A stretch of DNA of 63,973 bases, counting the filler, from Intoshia linei (lineage: Eukaryota; Animalia; Orthonectida), in assembly GCA_001642005.1 (NCBI GenBank). It is 6 parts of 6 records of this genome, joined end to end, with 100 filler letters (N's around TTAATTAATTAA, not from the genome) between each part and the next. Parts side by side here need not be neighbours in the genome. Positions count along the whole stretch, not along the records: positions 32,208 to 52,026 come from LWCA01000709.1; positions 52,127 to 60,644 come from LWCA01001447.1; 4 more parts are not named here. One strand, written 5' to 3'. Position 1 is the first letter of the stretch, and the number at the start of each line of letters is the position of its first letter. Positions 43,659-57,700 of this stretch are shown here, in pieces. Under the pieces are notes generated by a model. That model was not told the DNA's origin. It saw only the letters and a program-made list of their open reading frames with translations, and ran no database searches. Made by a program: the position numbers and the translations under genes.

Positions 43659-46085
43659 TTATATTTTTGCTTTGAGCTCTTCAATAATTTCATCTTGATC
43701 GGCTAAAAGCACAAGTAAATCATCATGTTCATTCTTAAGAGATTCAATTTCCAACTTTAATTTATCAACTTCGACATTGTTTTGTTCAGTATAAATTTGT
43801 TGACTAGGCATAGAATGGGACATTAAATTTTGTAATTTTGTTTTCATTTCTTCATTTTCAATTTTAAGTTTATCAAACTCTTGTATCATTACGTCTTGGT
43901 TAAAACTAGATTTGAGACGCGTAATTTCTGAATTTAACATGTTAATTTGTTGTCGATATTTGAAATCATTTTCATTTGTAGATTGATTTGCATGAGGAAT
44001 GGATATTTGGTCTGGTTTCATCTGTGAATGACTATCCTGAATATTGAGGATATGGCTCGATATAATTGGTTCTTTACGGATAAAATTTAAAACAAAATTA
44101 ATAGAAAACTGAGGAAGAGAGTCACATTGAATGTCAGAATTTGATCCATTGAGAGTATTTTGAAAATCATTGTTATCGTAGAGATATTTAATTTTATTTA
44201 TTAAATAAGACGGACCAATTTTGTTGCAAATTGTAGATTTAAGAAGGTCTCTTTGGGTGGAGTTTGATTCTGGTATGGAGTAGAAGTGAATGCAGCCTAA
44301 TAAGTAGGCTGAAAGTGCTTTGAATGTATTGTGAAGAAGATCGCATTCGTTTTCCCAAATGCTTGATGTAACGTAAAGAATGAAATCTGGTTGAGAAAGT
44401 AATAAAGAAGCGACCGGTGGGAAATCGTATAGCCATTCGATAATGAGAATACAAATCCCTATTTTTGTGTGATAAACGTTAGATTCTAAAAGAATCCGAC
44501 AACTGTGCAGGAAGAGACTGGAAGGTTTTGATGCAACACCAGAAGAGAAATTTACCTTCATCATGAGTTCCTTGGCTTGATAATTCGACATGATGGCTGC
44601 AGAAAGAGCCATGGCACTAAACCAACTAGAAACACAATCAAAACTGGATAAACAACCAACTAAAAGGGTTCCAATGCCGATTGAGTTGTCCTTGTCACTT
44701 TGGCTAAAACCTTTTGAATATTTTTGAATCAATTCATTAGCAATTAAAAGCTGTTGTGGTTCATTATGCCTAAGAAAACATTCAAAAAAATATAACACCG
44801 ACCAGCGCAATTCCAAAGATTGTCGATCATGAACCATACTTATCAACAGAATCAAAATGGTATGTTTTGGTGGTTTCGTGGGTGCAACAAGGGAAACCAT
44901 GTACATTTGATTTATTTTGTTACTCCTAACAATATTACCGATCGCTTTAATAGCATGTGCTTCAATGTAATTGGGCACACCGCTAGATACAATAAAAGAC
45001 GACAATTCTGCCAAAAGTCCACACGAATACACAGCATTCTGCGCCAATCTAGATTGCTCTCGTACATTCGATACAGAAACCATTTCACAAATCAAATCAA
45101 AAATACACCTTAAATTACTAATTTGTTGACTAGGCCAATTGGAATTTTCGGAGCCACTTTCCAAAATTTGACTTTTAAAAAGAGGCAATAATTTCGAAAT
45201 GTATCCGGTTTCTCTGAAAAAAATTTGATTTGAATTGTTATTTTTTAACAACATTGTAATTAAAATAACACAATCTTCCACCAAAACACTTTTTTCGTCG
45301 TCTGATTCGGCAATAGAAAACAAGGTATCGAATGCCCCTTGAAATGCAATCTGTTTTTGAATAATACCATTCTCACAGTTCAGTTCAATTAACAACAAAA
45401 TTATTTCATTCCGAACCATTTCATGGCTATCTGATAATCCGTCGACCAATCGATTTATTCCTTGTGGATATTCGATAATTGCATTTTGAATTTCCAGCCG
45501 TTTAATTTTACAAATTACTAGCAATAGTTTTGTGGCCGCATATCGCACTCTATAATTCATGTCTGTAATCACATCTAATGAAATCATCAAGTCGCGGTTT
45601 TTTGTCGAAATCTCTTGGATAAACCTTTTTGCAGCATTTACTTGATCATTTTTCAATATTGATTCTTTTTTAATTTCTTCATTGGTCGTGTCAAAATCAT
45701 CAGAGTCTTTATCAATAATTTTTGATTCTGTTGCATCTACGTGCAAAATTGGCACGCAAATGTTTAATAAAGTTTCCAATGAATATAACAAACATTCACT
45801 ATCATTTTTGTCTTCATGAATCGCGTCCAATATTGGTCGCAAACAAATGTTTCCTACTAATATGGGATAGTCTTTGGATAGTAGTTTTATGCTTCTAAAA
45901 ATAAAATTAATTTGAACCCTTATTAAATTTAAACTTTTACATATTATATTGTCAAATTACCTTAAACAGTCTCTACAATCTTGAAGGTTTGACGATGAAC
46001 GAAATTTTTCACATAATGTTGATATTGTTTGATGTGATGTATCTTGGTCGTTATCTGAGGCTCTGAAATTTCTGAAGAAAAACAT
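43659..46085 (-). CDS. USO1: General vesicular transport factor p115 (exons 46085-45961 and 45894-43659)
   Basis: PQGINRLVDGLSDSHEMVRNE, IQKQIAFQGAFDTLF, LLKNNNSNQIFFRE and C-terminal EHDDLLVLLADQD. Confidence 0.95.
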
Positions 46086-46487
46086 TAATATAAAATTATT
46101 TTAAAAAATTTTTATTCGAACAACGTCAGCATGTTGTAGCATGGCAATTTTATTTACTTTATTTATGTTGTTTCATATTTTACAAAATGTGATTAAAGAC
46201 TGTCTTGCTAGTTTTTTACGTTCGTATTGCTAATACATTGTATTATTGGTTTTATTTTTAAACGATTAATTTAAATATCCGATTCAAAAATTCAGTTTTT
46301 TTGCGTATGAAAATTATTTTTTGTCAGAAATTTTATTTAAAACCGTTGATGATCATTTCCTATGAACAATGTCCATTAGACCATTGGATTTTTGGTCATG
46401 ACAGCGCGTCATGATCAAATCAAAGGCCTTCCAGAACTGTTCACCCGTATCAACAAATTACGTACATGGTCGACATACATTGTACAT

Positions 46488-47110
46488 TAGGGTGTCACGC
46501 CCATCAAAGAATCAAGGGTAATTAGCACTAAAAGTGTGTATTTTTAAAATAAAAAAAATAATTCGCAATCAAAAACATTTAGCGAATCTATTCGAGTTGC
46601 GTTTGTCATTTTAAATATCACTTTGAAAATATTATGGATAAATTAAAACTGAATTTATTTTAACGGAAATTTCCGTTTGAGAAAAAGAAAGAAGGTAATG
46701 TTGTGTATATATTGGGATATGAAGAGCGTACTGTTTTATAAATATCTTAAAAACAATGAAACAATTAATTCTGATAAATATTGTGAACAATTAGAAAAAT
46801 TGAACCAAGCTATTTACCAATTACCCATTATTAAGACATAAAATACAGTTCAATTCATGAATTAAAATTGGACATAGATGACTTTTTGCTTTGTAAAGAT
46901 ACCAATTTTTATTCTAGTGGAATATATAAACTACCACAACGCTGGGAAAGAATTGTGGAATCTAACGGAGATTATTTTATCAGTTAGATTAATTTATAAA
47001 CACTTAAAATAAACGTTTTAGTTTTAGTCTATAAAATGACATTACTTTATTAGACAACCTAATATTATTCTCCATGTTTAGTTATACAGTTTATTTTTTT
47101 AAATTTGTGT
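46488..47110. mobile_element. Dispersed repeat (copy 2) interrupted by a mariner relic
   Basis: Near identity to 15713 onward. Similarity resumes at ...ctccatgtttagttatacagttt. Confidence 0.75.
46672..47064 (+). mobile_element. Deleted mariner element (3' part with TIR)
   Basis: KKVMLCIYWDMK...TINSDKYCEQL, GIYKLPQRWERIVESNGDYF, and terminal aaaatgacattactttattagacaacctaata. Confidence 0.85.
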
Positions 47111-47719
47111 CTAGCTTAATTTTTTTGGATTTTATATTTTTGTTTTTTGATGCTTTGAATACAATTTAAATAATGTAAATAGCCAGAATTCGAGAAATTA
47201 AATCGAGCTTAAACCTAACAATAATCTACAGTACCATGTATCTAGACTGGGACTGGATTAGGAATATCTGACGAGAGCAATGATAACTGGACTACTATTC
47301 TAAATTCATTTTATATTAATTTTTTTACTCATGCAGGTAACCCTGAAAAAGGTGTAAACTGAAGAATTATATAATGGAGCAGCGTTTCCCAAATGACGGT
47401 CTGCGAAATCATTTTTGAAAATTTGTTTACTAATTACAAGTCAATTTAATATATTTTCTTGAATGTTTCTAGTAATTTGGCTTTAATGGGCCGCGATAAA
47501 TTTTATAATTTATTAATGGCCGCCTTCAAAAAAGTGTGAAAACCCCTGGGATAGAGTAATCAAAAATATTTTTTAATTTGTGTGTATGGTGACTACAATT
47601 TTCATGTCGCCCAGGTCCATTGTTCTGTATGTTACTTAAATTATAGATTTTCCAGATATGGCAAAAATTTACTATTTTGTGTTATACCGTATAACACAAA
47701 ATGTAATCACAAACTAAAG

Positions 47720-47826
47720 AAACTATAATTGAAATGTGGACTTTATAAAATTATAAGACTGGTAGTTATTGAAATAAACGGTAACACACACAAACAAATA
47801 TTGTATAGCATATTATATAAGTAAGC
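47720..47826 (-). mobile_element. Helitron 5' fragment
   Basis: aattgaaatgtggactttataaaattataagactggtagttatt...tagcatattatataagtaag. Confidence 0.65.
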
Positions 47827-48309
47827 ATTACTCAAACTGTCATAAAAAATTGTTCAAAAAATAATTTTTTTTTCATTATATCATACGGATGTGTCACAAA
47901 AATGTTTTTGATTAAATTTGTCATCAAGTAAATCTGGTTAGAAAACACTGCACTAAAGGATTAAAAAATACTTTAATATATATAAAAAATAATAAATCAA
48001 CGGTAAAATTTTTCGAAACGATGGTTACTGTCATAGAACCTTATCCACCAGTGGACCACTACTAGAAGGGCCTTGGTTTTACAACTTATATTTGACACAT
48101 AAAACAGTTGATACTGAAAAATATACTTTCTAAAACACGATTTGGAAAAATAACGCCACCATTTCACAAGTTCATTAGGTATTGGGTCAAGTTATTGGGT
48201 ATCATTGTCATGAAATATAATTTAGAACATGACGGCGAAAAACGTTTGGCGACCCTTGCTGTGCCGGTTGATTAAAATAAACATTTAAATAAAAATTAAT
48301 ACAATTTAA

Positions 48310-50727
48310 TTAATTTTTTACAATTCCATTCTGTTCAGCAAAAATTTCATAAATCAATAGTCTCCACATTTTAATGACAAATATTTCCGCGTCATCGTCC
48401 AAAATCTAAAAATAAAATTTAAAATACTACAAACAAATAATACCGGAAATAAATCACGAACAATAGATACAGGTGTGGTTTGATCCTTTAATTTTTGAGC
48501 AATAAAATTTTCTAAAACTGGCTCTTCATCGCCTAAAAGTTCAGTCAATTTTTTATTGATCCAGGGTTTAATTTTTGACAAAACATGCTAAAATACATTA
48601 AAAAAAATATGTACATTGTACAAACATTGCAGCAGTAACCACTAAACTTTAATGGGTAATGTATTCTCTAACAAATGCAAAGTAGTTTAGTGACCACTGC
48701 CATCAAGGAAAAAATCAAATTTTTTACCCCATCAGTGACATAATGCCAATCGATATAATAACCAAATAGTTTGTCCTTATCACTTGGAATTCTTTCAACA
48801 AATTTTAAAACAATTCGTTTCTTTTCGTCTGGACCAGCATTATGGTAATCAACTCGATTAGTATTTGATTCAATATGGTACATATTCCCTGTACCAATTA
48901 CTTTTTCGTTGGGTTCATATTCAATTTCTTCAAGTTTTGGCATTTTCTTTTTATGGAGTGCATTTTCTTCCTCTTCCTCTTCGAAGAGTACACTGTTTTC
49001 AATTTTTGGCTTGGTAACTGTAGCAATATTTATGGGTTGATTTGCGTATTTTTCAATATCCAAAACCTGGTCAGTGTTTGACTCATTTTCTGGCTCCGGT
49101 TCAGGTTTTATTTCAATTTCGTCAACGGGTTCCGGCACTGGTTTTATATCTATCGGTTCAACGATTGGCTCTACCTCTACCGCCTCCTATATTATATTAG
49201 TTTATGCTAAATTGATATATTTATTTACCAATTTTTTCTTCAATTTCAATTCTTTTTCTTGTTCGATTTCGTCTTGTTCTCTCAAACGATCTTGACGGTC
49301 CTCTTCTTCTTCTATTTTCATGGCCCGCAGTTTAGCTTCGTAACTAATACCTCTAATATTTTAATTAAAAATTAGTAAATTGATTAAATTTACTCGTAAT
49401 TGTAAGGGTCATCTTTTATATCATCATAAGATTCCAACATTCTTTCCATCTTCTTTTTTTTACGCAACTAGTTTACATTAAAATTTAAAATATACATTCA
49501 ATAATTTACCACTTCTTTCTTTTTGAAAATTGATTTTTCCATGTCTCTATTATACTCTCGAGATTTTCTTTCTTCTCTCAATTCCCAACGATGTAATCTC
49601 TAAAATTATGGTGATAATGTATAACCAAAATTAAAATATGAGACTCAAATGTATATTGCTTTTGATTTAGACTAATTGCAATAACTAGTCAATTGTTACA
49701 GAGAGTTTGCAACACAGGTAAGATAATACCGCGACTTAAAAAACTCTTCATATACACGTTTAACCAAAGTTAAGAACCCTGCAAAGCAATGCAAAAATTT
49801 TTTTTTGTTTTTGAATATAATAAATACCAGGACCCAAGGTTTTACGTCAAAATTTCACAATATTTAGTATTTCACCTGATTAACTAAATAAACTGAACGT
49901 TCGTTATAATTCATTATATTGCAGTAAAACATGAAATAATTTTTTTTAGAAATTTATAAAATTTAACAGTTATCAAATAAATACACTCCAATATATCTCT
50001 ACTGAATAATAACTTAATATACAATACACATTACTTCTAAATATGACTTTTCTTTTTGTTTTAGTCTTCGTTTTAATCGTTTCCTTTCAAGGTCAGTTTC
50101 ACGGTTATCGCCGTCTCTAAAATTTTTAATTAAATATTGAAAATTAACAATTAATATAAATTATACAATAGTACAGTAGACAGATTAAGCCAACCCCTTT
50201 TTTGAGAATTTCACAATTTTTAGTAATATAAATCTTATACAAAAATTACTAATATTAATAAAATGTATATAAATATCAATCAAGACAAAATTAGTAAAAA
50301 ATATTTTTGAATTTACATGTTTAATGTTAATAGGGATAATTTTTTATATATACAAAAGAAAATTCAACAAATTGTAAAACAAAAATGGACCACCTATCTC
50401 AAAGGCTAAACCTCTTAATCTTGCCGTAATGCATGTCAGTTCTGCGAAAACGAGCAAAGTAGACTCGAACAAGAACTTCGTGGTGCAGAACTCTACTGTA
50501 TATCCACAAAAATAAATGTATACATTTTAGTATCATCAACTGCATCAGCATTTTTGAAAGTCTAAAATAAAATAATTTACTGTATTCCTATATTACTGTA
50601 TACTTGTTTTGGGTCCAAACCAGCAGCTAAATTAAAATATTAAAAATGAAATTTATGAATAATTTAGACCATGGTTTCAATTCATAACCTTATATACCCT
50701 CCCAGCAATTTTGCAATTAATATAAGC
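48310..50727 (-). CDS. RBM25: RNA-binding protein 25 (RE/RD-rich region and C-terminal PWI); 5' RRM part not located
   Basis: ERKRLKRRLKQKEKSYLE|RLHRWELRERRK, VERIPSDKDKLFGYYIDW, KIKPWINKKLTELLGDEEP and FVIKMWRLLIYE. The 5' boundary is uncertain. Confidence 0.9.
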
Positions 50728-51502
50728 CTGTTTAGAATAACATGTAAATTATTTAATTTTTATGTATGATGCCAAAACCCGTTATTGGAAAAAAAATCGA
50801 ATTTATTAGTAAATATTCTATTATTCAAAAACTATGAGTCTTAACCGTTTAGAAATTTATATGTTAATTTATACAGTCTTATATCAATTGCAATATTAGT
50901 ATAAGAGTATAAATCGATAATATACTCAAATGATGAATTCAGACACATTTACAATTCTAAATACAAAGAGCAATAACTCATATTATCAAAATAAGCATTA
51001 GACAATAAAAATATCGTATAATCAGATACGTGAGAAGAGATAATAGGGTAATATAACGTTACAAAATACCAAGAGTCTACTATTCCAACATAATGGTTAA
51101 TGTTAAACAATTTGTAATTGTATCATTAATCAATCATATACTTATTGATCATGTCCAGATCCGAACCTAACGTACTGAGACCCTTCGGGATCTCGACGAA
51201 ATGTTTGTAAAATGAGGCCCTTATTTTTCCAAATTGAGCATTAAAAAATAATATTATTGAATATCTTAACTATTTTGTATGCTAAATTTAAAATTTCAAG
51301 TCAGAGTATTAGATAGATAGATGAATAGGAGTTTTCGTTTGTGAAATTTTTTTAGTTAGCTATTTTTGATTTTCGTTGGCCTTTAAATGGTAGGTTCGAC
51401 TCTGGTCAAACCAATTAATAGTATATAAATAACCAGATTGAATACAATATCATGTTCATTTTTTGTACCATGTACAATACATTGTATACTATATATGGAA
51501 TA

Positions 51503-52026
51503 CAGTGCGCAACATAAGTCTTAGGCACCTTGATAATTTCATTTAAAATTAATTAAATATGCATAAAAACAAAAAAGGTAATGAATTACTAATGATCTAT
51601 AAATTACAAATAACTATTTGTTTAGTAAATGACGCAAATAAGTGACAAAAAAAGATATAATGCCGTTTCTTAATGCAAGGAAGAAAAAAGTCACGGTTTT
51701 ATAAGTAAAACCTTTAGTATTTATCGATGTGCGTTTCAAAATATTATTAAAAAATACAAAGAGAATTTATGCATAGCTTACTTGCCAAGATCAGATAGAA
51801 AACGCATGCTGAAAGCCAGATAAGAGACTAATATAATAAGGGAATCAAAGAAAAACCCTTGCTTGACAGTATTAAAGGTTAAAATACACTCAAACATTAC
51901 AAAAAAGCCTAGTTTAAAGACGGTGCAACGTGTGTTATATAGATTTAGATTACATGGAAGAATAGCAAGTCAAAAACCGTTTCTTAAAAAATTTCACAGA
52001 ACAAACCGTTTTAAAAGGTGTAAGTA
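51503..52026 (+). mobile_element. Tc1-like transposon 5' part, cut by the gap
   Basis: TA|CAGTGCGCAACATAAGT terminus and SKKNPCLT...SLKTVQRVLYRFRLHGRIASQKPFL (HTH_Tnp_Tc3_2-like). Confidence 0.85.
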
Positions 52027-52126
52027 NNNNNNNNNNNNNNNNNNNNNNNNNNNNNNNNNNNNNNNNNNNNTTAATTAATTAANNNNNNNNNNNNNNNNNN
52101 NNNNNNNNNNNNNNNNNNNNNNNNNN

Positions 52127-52336
52127 TTGAGCATTTAAAATCTGACATTGATAACTTTTTGACAAATAAAAGCCAGAGTTCTTTTCAAAATGGAATTAAG
52201 AAGCTACCGGAACGTTGAAGAAGAATTGTTGAATGCAATGGAGAATATTTTGTATAATAAAGGTTAATCAAAATTGTTATTATAGAAGTTTTAATTATAG
52301 TTATAAAAACGACATTACTTTGTGAATGACCTAATA
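52127..52336 (+). mobile_element. mariner 3' end
   Basis: FQNGIKKLPER*RRIVECNGEYF plus TIR aaaaacgacattactttgtgaatgacctaata. Confidence 0.8.
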
Positions 52337-52347
52337 TATAAAATCAC

Positions 52348-52897
52348 CAATTCCGTTTCTTTCAATCGTTGATTGACACTACCGTTTTGAATATTATAAT
52401 CTTCGTGTGATCTCAATTCCAATAAATTTTGCAATATGCCAATTAAGTGACAAATTGGTTCACGAGGTTTCGCGGTAGGTTCAATTAATTGTGTCTAATA
52501 TGCATATATAAAAAATAAAGATTAGTAGTTTCCTAAATCCAATAGACGTAAAAATGATAATAAATATGGTTTAAGCTTGTATAATTGTCACTTTTCATGT
52601 TTTGTAATATCAGCTTACATTTTTTAATTATTTATCTGAAAATTTTCGGGCCGCCATAAAAAAAATTTGAGAATCACTGATATATTGGTTTTTTACATTA
52701 TAATGTATAATTATTATTTATACATGTACCATTAAAATACGATTCAATTAAAAAATTACCATAGACAACAACTCAGTCAAATACAAATCTGTAGCATCCT
52801 CAAAGTAATCCAAGATATCGTTACACAACTTTGAACATAATTGAATAAATTTTTCAACTACAATGTTATGATAAATGAATTTTTTCTTTTTAATTCT
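52348..52897 (-). CDS. Two internal exons of an unidentified gene
   Basis: AG/GT-bounded open segments IKKKKFIYHNIVVEKFIQLCSKLC...ELLSM and TQLIEPTAKPREPICHLIGILQNLL...KETEL join in phase 0. Confidence 0.5.
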
Positions 52898-53635
52898 ATA
52901 TAATATATTATCATTTATACTGATATAAAATTGAATCATATCCATATTATAGTGGACAATAACAATAAAATAATCAAAATAAGGAAATATTGAAATTACG
53001 TTTTATACATGTAATTAATAATTTACATATCTACTAATGTACTTATCAAAAATACAAATATACAATGTGGTTTAGGGAGTCATTTTTTGGACAAATTTTC
53101 GAATTTCGTTGGCGCCTAGTTCTAATCCAGTGAATTTTAAGATGATATCCTTACTATTTAACAAAGTATTATGGTCGTTTCTATGAATGTATTAAGGTTA
53201 ATTTATAGTAAAAATAAATTTACTACGGTTTATGGGAAACTTATAATAAATTCAACAGCCCTTAGAATCCAAAATAAATAGAATAGAACTGCATATAATA
53301 AAAAAAAACAAAATGTACATTCCAATATGGTAAACAAATCCAAGATACTAAAGTACAGATTAAACTTTACTTTTCGAAAATGATAATATAGTAAATACGT
53401 TTACTATTTAAATATTTTTACCGGGAAGATGCAAGTTTCTGATGTTTACATTTACGATATTGTTAATAATTAAAAAAGTTGTCCAAAAATGAGGGTCAGA
53501 ACTCTAAGCCTCATTGTTTCTGAAATAAATGGTTACAGACATGTTAATTACTAAGTAAGAATAAATAATTGTGTATTTTTTATTAATAATGGCCTAAACA
53601 TCCAAACTTAATAATTGGTTTTAACTAATTTCTCA

Positions 53636-53872
53636 TTAATCTTTATTTTCTTTTTCATCTCTTTTTCGAATTGCTGCTTTCACTATTGCAATTTTGTGTT
53701 CAATATAAGCTGACAACATTTCTTCCTGTCGAAGAATTAATTTTGCTTGGATATTAAGTTCTCGAACCTTTCTTATAGTCTCTTCATCTTTTTTGCTTTG
53801 AATCAATTCGACACCATCGAACTTATCCTCCTTTAGTAACCTTTTCCAATTGTTAAATCTTTCTTGATCCAT
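53636..53872 (-). CDS. Single-exon 78-aa coiled-coil protein, SNAPC5/SNAP19-like
   Basis: Clean ATG..TAA ORF with a charged composition. KKDEET-x14-LRQEE has the same spacing as the SNAPC5 RKEEET-x14-LKVEE motif as I recall it. Confidence 0.55.
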   Translation of the reverse strand: MDQERFNNWKRLLKEDKFDGVELIQSKKDEETIRKVRELNIQAKLILRQEEMLSAYIEHKIAIVKAAIRKRDEKENKD

Positions 53873-54702
53873 TTTTAATTATTTTTAAATATAAGCTTTC
53901 AAATTTTGATGCAAACGCAAATAAATATTTAAAGAAATGATTATAATTTATAAATAATCAAAATAAATATTGACAATAAATTAGTGTACTAAAATAAACA
54001 ATGTCATGTATCATTCATTTCGTTTCATTTATATTCTATTGTCATTGTGTCTAATATTAATATTTTAGATGCTAGAATGACGTATTAGAAATTAAACTAA
54101 CCGTTAATTAATTTGATAACAGTCATTAAAATAATTTAGCTCATATCACATAAATTATACGCCTTTGATGTATAAAAAATAAATGGTGTAATATAATCTA
54201 TGAACTAAAATTAATTAGAAATATGTATAGAAACAACATAAAATATCGTGTCATCTTTCATTTCATAAAAATAATAATTATCAGCAAATCAGAATCGATA
54301 TAGTAGATAACATAATAACCGGCTACAAAATTAAAGTAGTCAAAATTATTTAATTAGTTAACAATATAAGGTATAATATATACTATATCAGTATAAGGAT
54401 TAAGTTGAAACCCACAAAACTGTCATTTCCGTAATTAGTAGTTTTTAAACAATACAAAACAATGTATTCACTAAATATTATTTAGTAAAATTCTTCCTTT
54501 CAGATATTTAAGCAGCCACCTTTGGTTTTCAAAACTTCACCTTCCAATTTAATATATATTTGATTCAACCTTGATGAATTACAAAACCAGTTAATTTAAA
54601 AAAAAGACGATTCCAAAAGAATTAGATGTTAATAATAATAATACCAATATCAATTTAATAAGAATCTACTCATGTTATTAAAAAGAGATTTGTCCATATG
54701 GT

Positions 54703-57700
54703 TATTCCAAAGTGGCCTTAATCAGCCAATCTCCCGATTCCATACTAATAACGATATCCTTACTTATATAATATGCTACGTAATATTTGTTTGTGTCTGT
54801 TACTGTTTATTTCAATAACTACTAGTCTTAGAATTTTATAAAGTCAACATTTAAATTACAGTTTTTTCCAGAGTGTTAACAAAATAAATTTCAATCTCGG
54901 AAACTCACATCTTACAAATCAAAAAGCCCAATTGTCCTTTTTTTTGAAAATCAAACGAGTTCGAGAATTTAAAAAATATATACTCTGATACGGATTTTAA
55001 ATCATCAATATTATCATAAATTTAAATTTAAAAAAATTATATCTTCAAAGCCAAAACCACAAATTACAATACTTTTTTTAATGAAAACAGTCCTATAATT
55101 TAAAAAAAATTACAGGTGGTACAGTTGTATCCTGTTAACGCACACAAAAAATTTCAATCCGAATAAGTGACAAATTCATAGTCAAAAAAGTATTTTAGTA
55201 TTCATACATTTTTTTTCGAAATATTTTATTAAAACAAAAAATGTGAAATCATTAACGGTCTGAAAATTAAAAAAAAAATTATTTTGATAGAGCCAATTCT
55301 AAAAAAAATGTGCAATAAAGAAATATGGGTGAAAATCTATATAATTGATTCCTTCGGAGTTTTTTTCATTGCTACGCAATTTGATTTTAATCTCAAATTC
55401 TCATTTTCAAAACATTTGTTTAAAATTTAAATTAAAACTACCACAACGAATTACTAATACAACTTTGTTATTATGATTTTTATATTTATTACAATCCTTT
55501 GCAATATTGGTAAGATTCACCTGAAATATGTTTATAAAGTGCTGATTCCGTTAATTATTGATACATAGTTGGTATTTATTAAATTGGTACTGAATATATA
55601 TTATCACATTTAAAATGACAAAATAGGTTTTTATAATTTTGTTTTTTCTAAAATTAATGCTATTTATGCTAATTTTTAGGATTGGACTGTTTTTACTTTA
55701 TTTTTAATATTATACACACATTTTGTCTAATAAATTAAAAAATATGATAACAATTGTTTTTAAAAGTCTTTACACAAATGTTATCAAAACAAAATTAAGA
55801 TGGAATAATTCACTTTAAAGTAAAAATTAATATTATATGTAATATGACGGTTCCACCTGAAACAAGTTTGGCAAAAACTCATTTAAAGGATTGATAATAG
55901 TGAATAGTAAGATTTTTAAGTTAGATTTTCAACATAAATTTATTTTTTTGATATAATAAAAATATGCCCTCGGCAGAGCTAGGTGCTGTTTGTACTACGT
56001 ACAAACAGTCAACCTATTCATGTATAATTTACAATGTCCATTGGTCATTATAAAAAATTTAAATGACCAAATTTTCAATAAACAAGTTCATTAAAATATT
56101 ACCTTAACAAATTTTCATGCAAATAAATTCTGGTAGATATTTTAAATGTCAAAATTATATTTTTTTGGTTTTTAACGGTTTTCATTATGTTTAGCTAAAG
56201 AAAAATTAACTATATTAAATTAATGTATTACAGTACCTGCAAAAATATCAGCATGTCATTAAAAATATTTAAAATGCACTCTTTCAAAAGCAATTCGATA
56301 TAATCGTTTTCCTTGTAATCTGACAAAAAAAATTACATCTTTAGAATATAATCTGCAAAAGCAGTATACAAAAATTTCACATTTGTAATTGAAAATCATC
56401 ATAATTACAATACATTTACCTGAATTTTCAAAGAAAACTTTAAAAATTTGGGAAAATATAAATAATTTCGAATCGATAAGTTGATGGATATGAGCAATTA
56501 AATCACTAATATATCGAATAATTGCATCTTCTTTTGTGGTTTTATCAATACTAATTGGTGGATCTGATGATTTTGATTCAATTTTAGATTTTACTAATAT
56601 AAAAAAATATACATTAAAAATATACAACAAAGGCAACCCTCGCATGCTGCAGTTAATCTTAATTACTTTTTTATCAGTTACATTATAGTTACAAGTTTTC
56701 TCACAAAGGTTTGTAAAATTCAATTTTTTTCGAAACGGTTCGTAAACGTAGATTTTTCTTAGAAGGGTTGGTTAAAGTGAATCTCTAAAGGAACTATAAA
56801 ACATAAAACATGCGAGGGTTAGGCAATAAATACAATTATGTTCAAATTCTGTAATTTCACTGATCAGTGCTTCACTTTGACATTTCCCGTAAGCATCAAA
56901 ACATATTCTATAATACAAATAAAATAAACCAACATGTACATAAAACTCCTCTTTAAAGTAATTTTTATAATATAAACATTACATTTTATACAACGATCAT
57001 TTTTAAACGATTAGGGTTTTAATAATGCAACCTATGGGGCAAAATTATTTATAAAAAAATTCCCTTATTAAAAAAAAACAAATATATAAAAATTGGTAGT
57101 TTGGTAGTACAAATAAAATCGATATGATTCGTTTGTATATGAGTCTATAGTAGCGACAAATTGAGAGGACCAATTTTTTAAAGGGCGACGTTTTTAGCAA
57201 CCGGTCCATGTTGATTGTAAATAATTTTCTTAGTGTAATAATAAATACTAAAATTAAGCCTTTAAAATATTTTTCCATGATAGCCAGTAAAATTAATTTT
57301 TTTAAAAATAGAATCAGTTGTAATCTCTTAGGTAACCATTCCAATCTGACAAATATTACATGAAGGAAATGAAAATTTGTAACTTTTTTCAAGTGTGTTA
57401 AAAATACGTCAAGTGTGTATATTTAACAAGAAAACACCTTTTGATATGACTGTTATAGACTGATTAAATTAAAATAACATAAATACACAAAGTATACTTC
57501 AAAAAATCTTTATTATAAGCTAGAATATGTAATCCAGATTCAAGTGAAATATAATCGTAATTATCAATATACGTTTGGTTCGATAATAAAGCTAAAAAAA
57601 ATTATTCATGTCATTTAAATAATTAAAGCATACATTTTAACCATTCACAAACAGTTTCACAACTAGTTTGAAAAAGAACAGATATTTTTTGTTTAATTTG

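Noticed and set aside
44239-45113. Alternative-frame and antisense ORFs inside USO1 (likewise inside KARS, hnRNPU and RBM25)
   Set aside because: Shadow ORFs of real coding exons with no independent support.
53062-53517. Imperfect inverted ends (caatg.gg.ttag...tttttggacaa), possible Transib-like MITE
   Set aside because: Too degenerate and no target duplication was seen.
55500-55595. Possible exon captured inside the Helitron
   Set aside because: The AG/GT-bounded segment has stops in all three frames.
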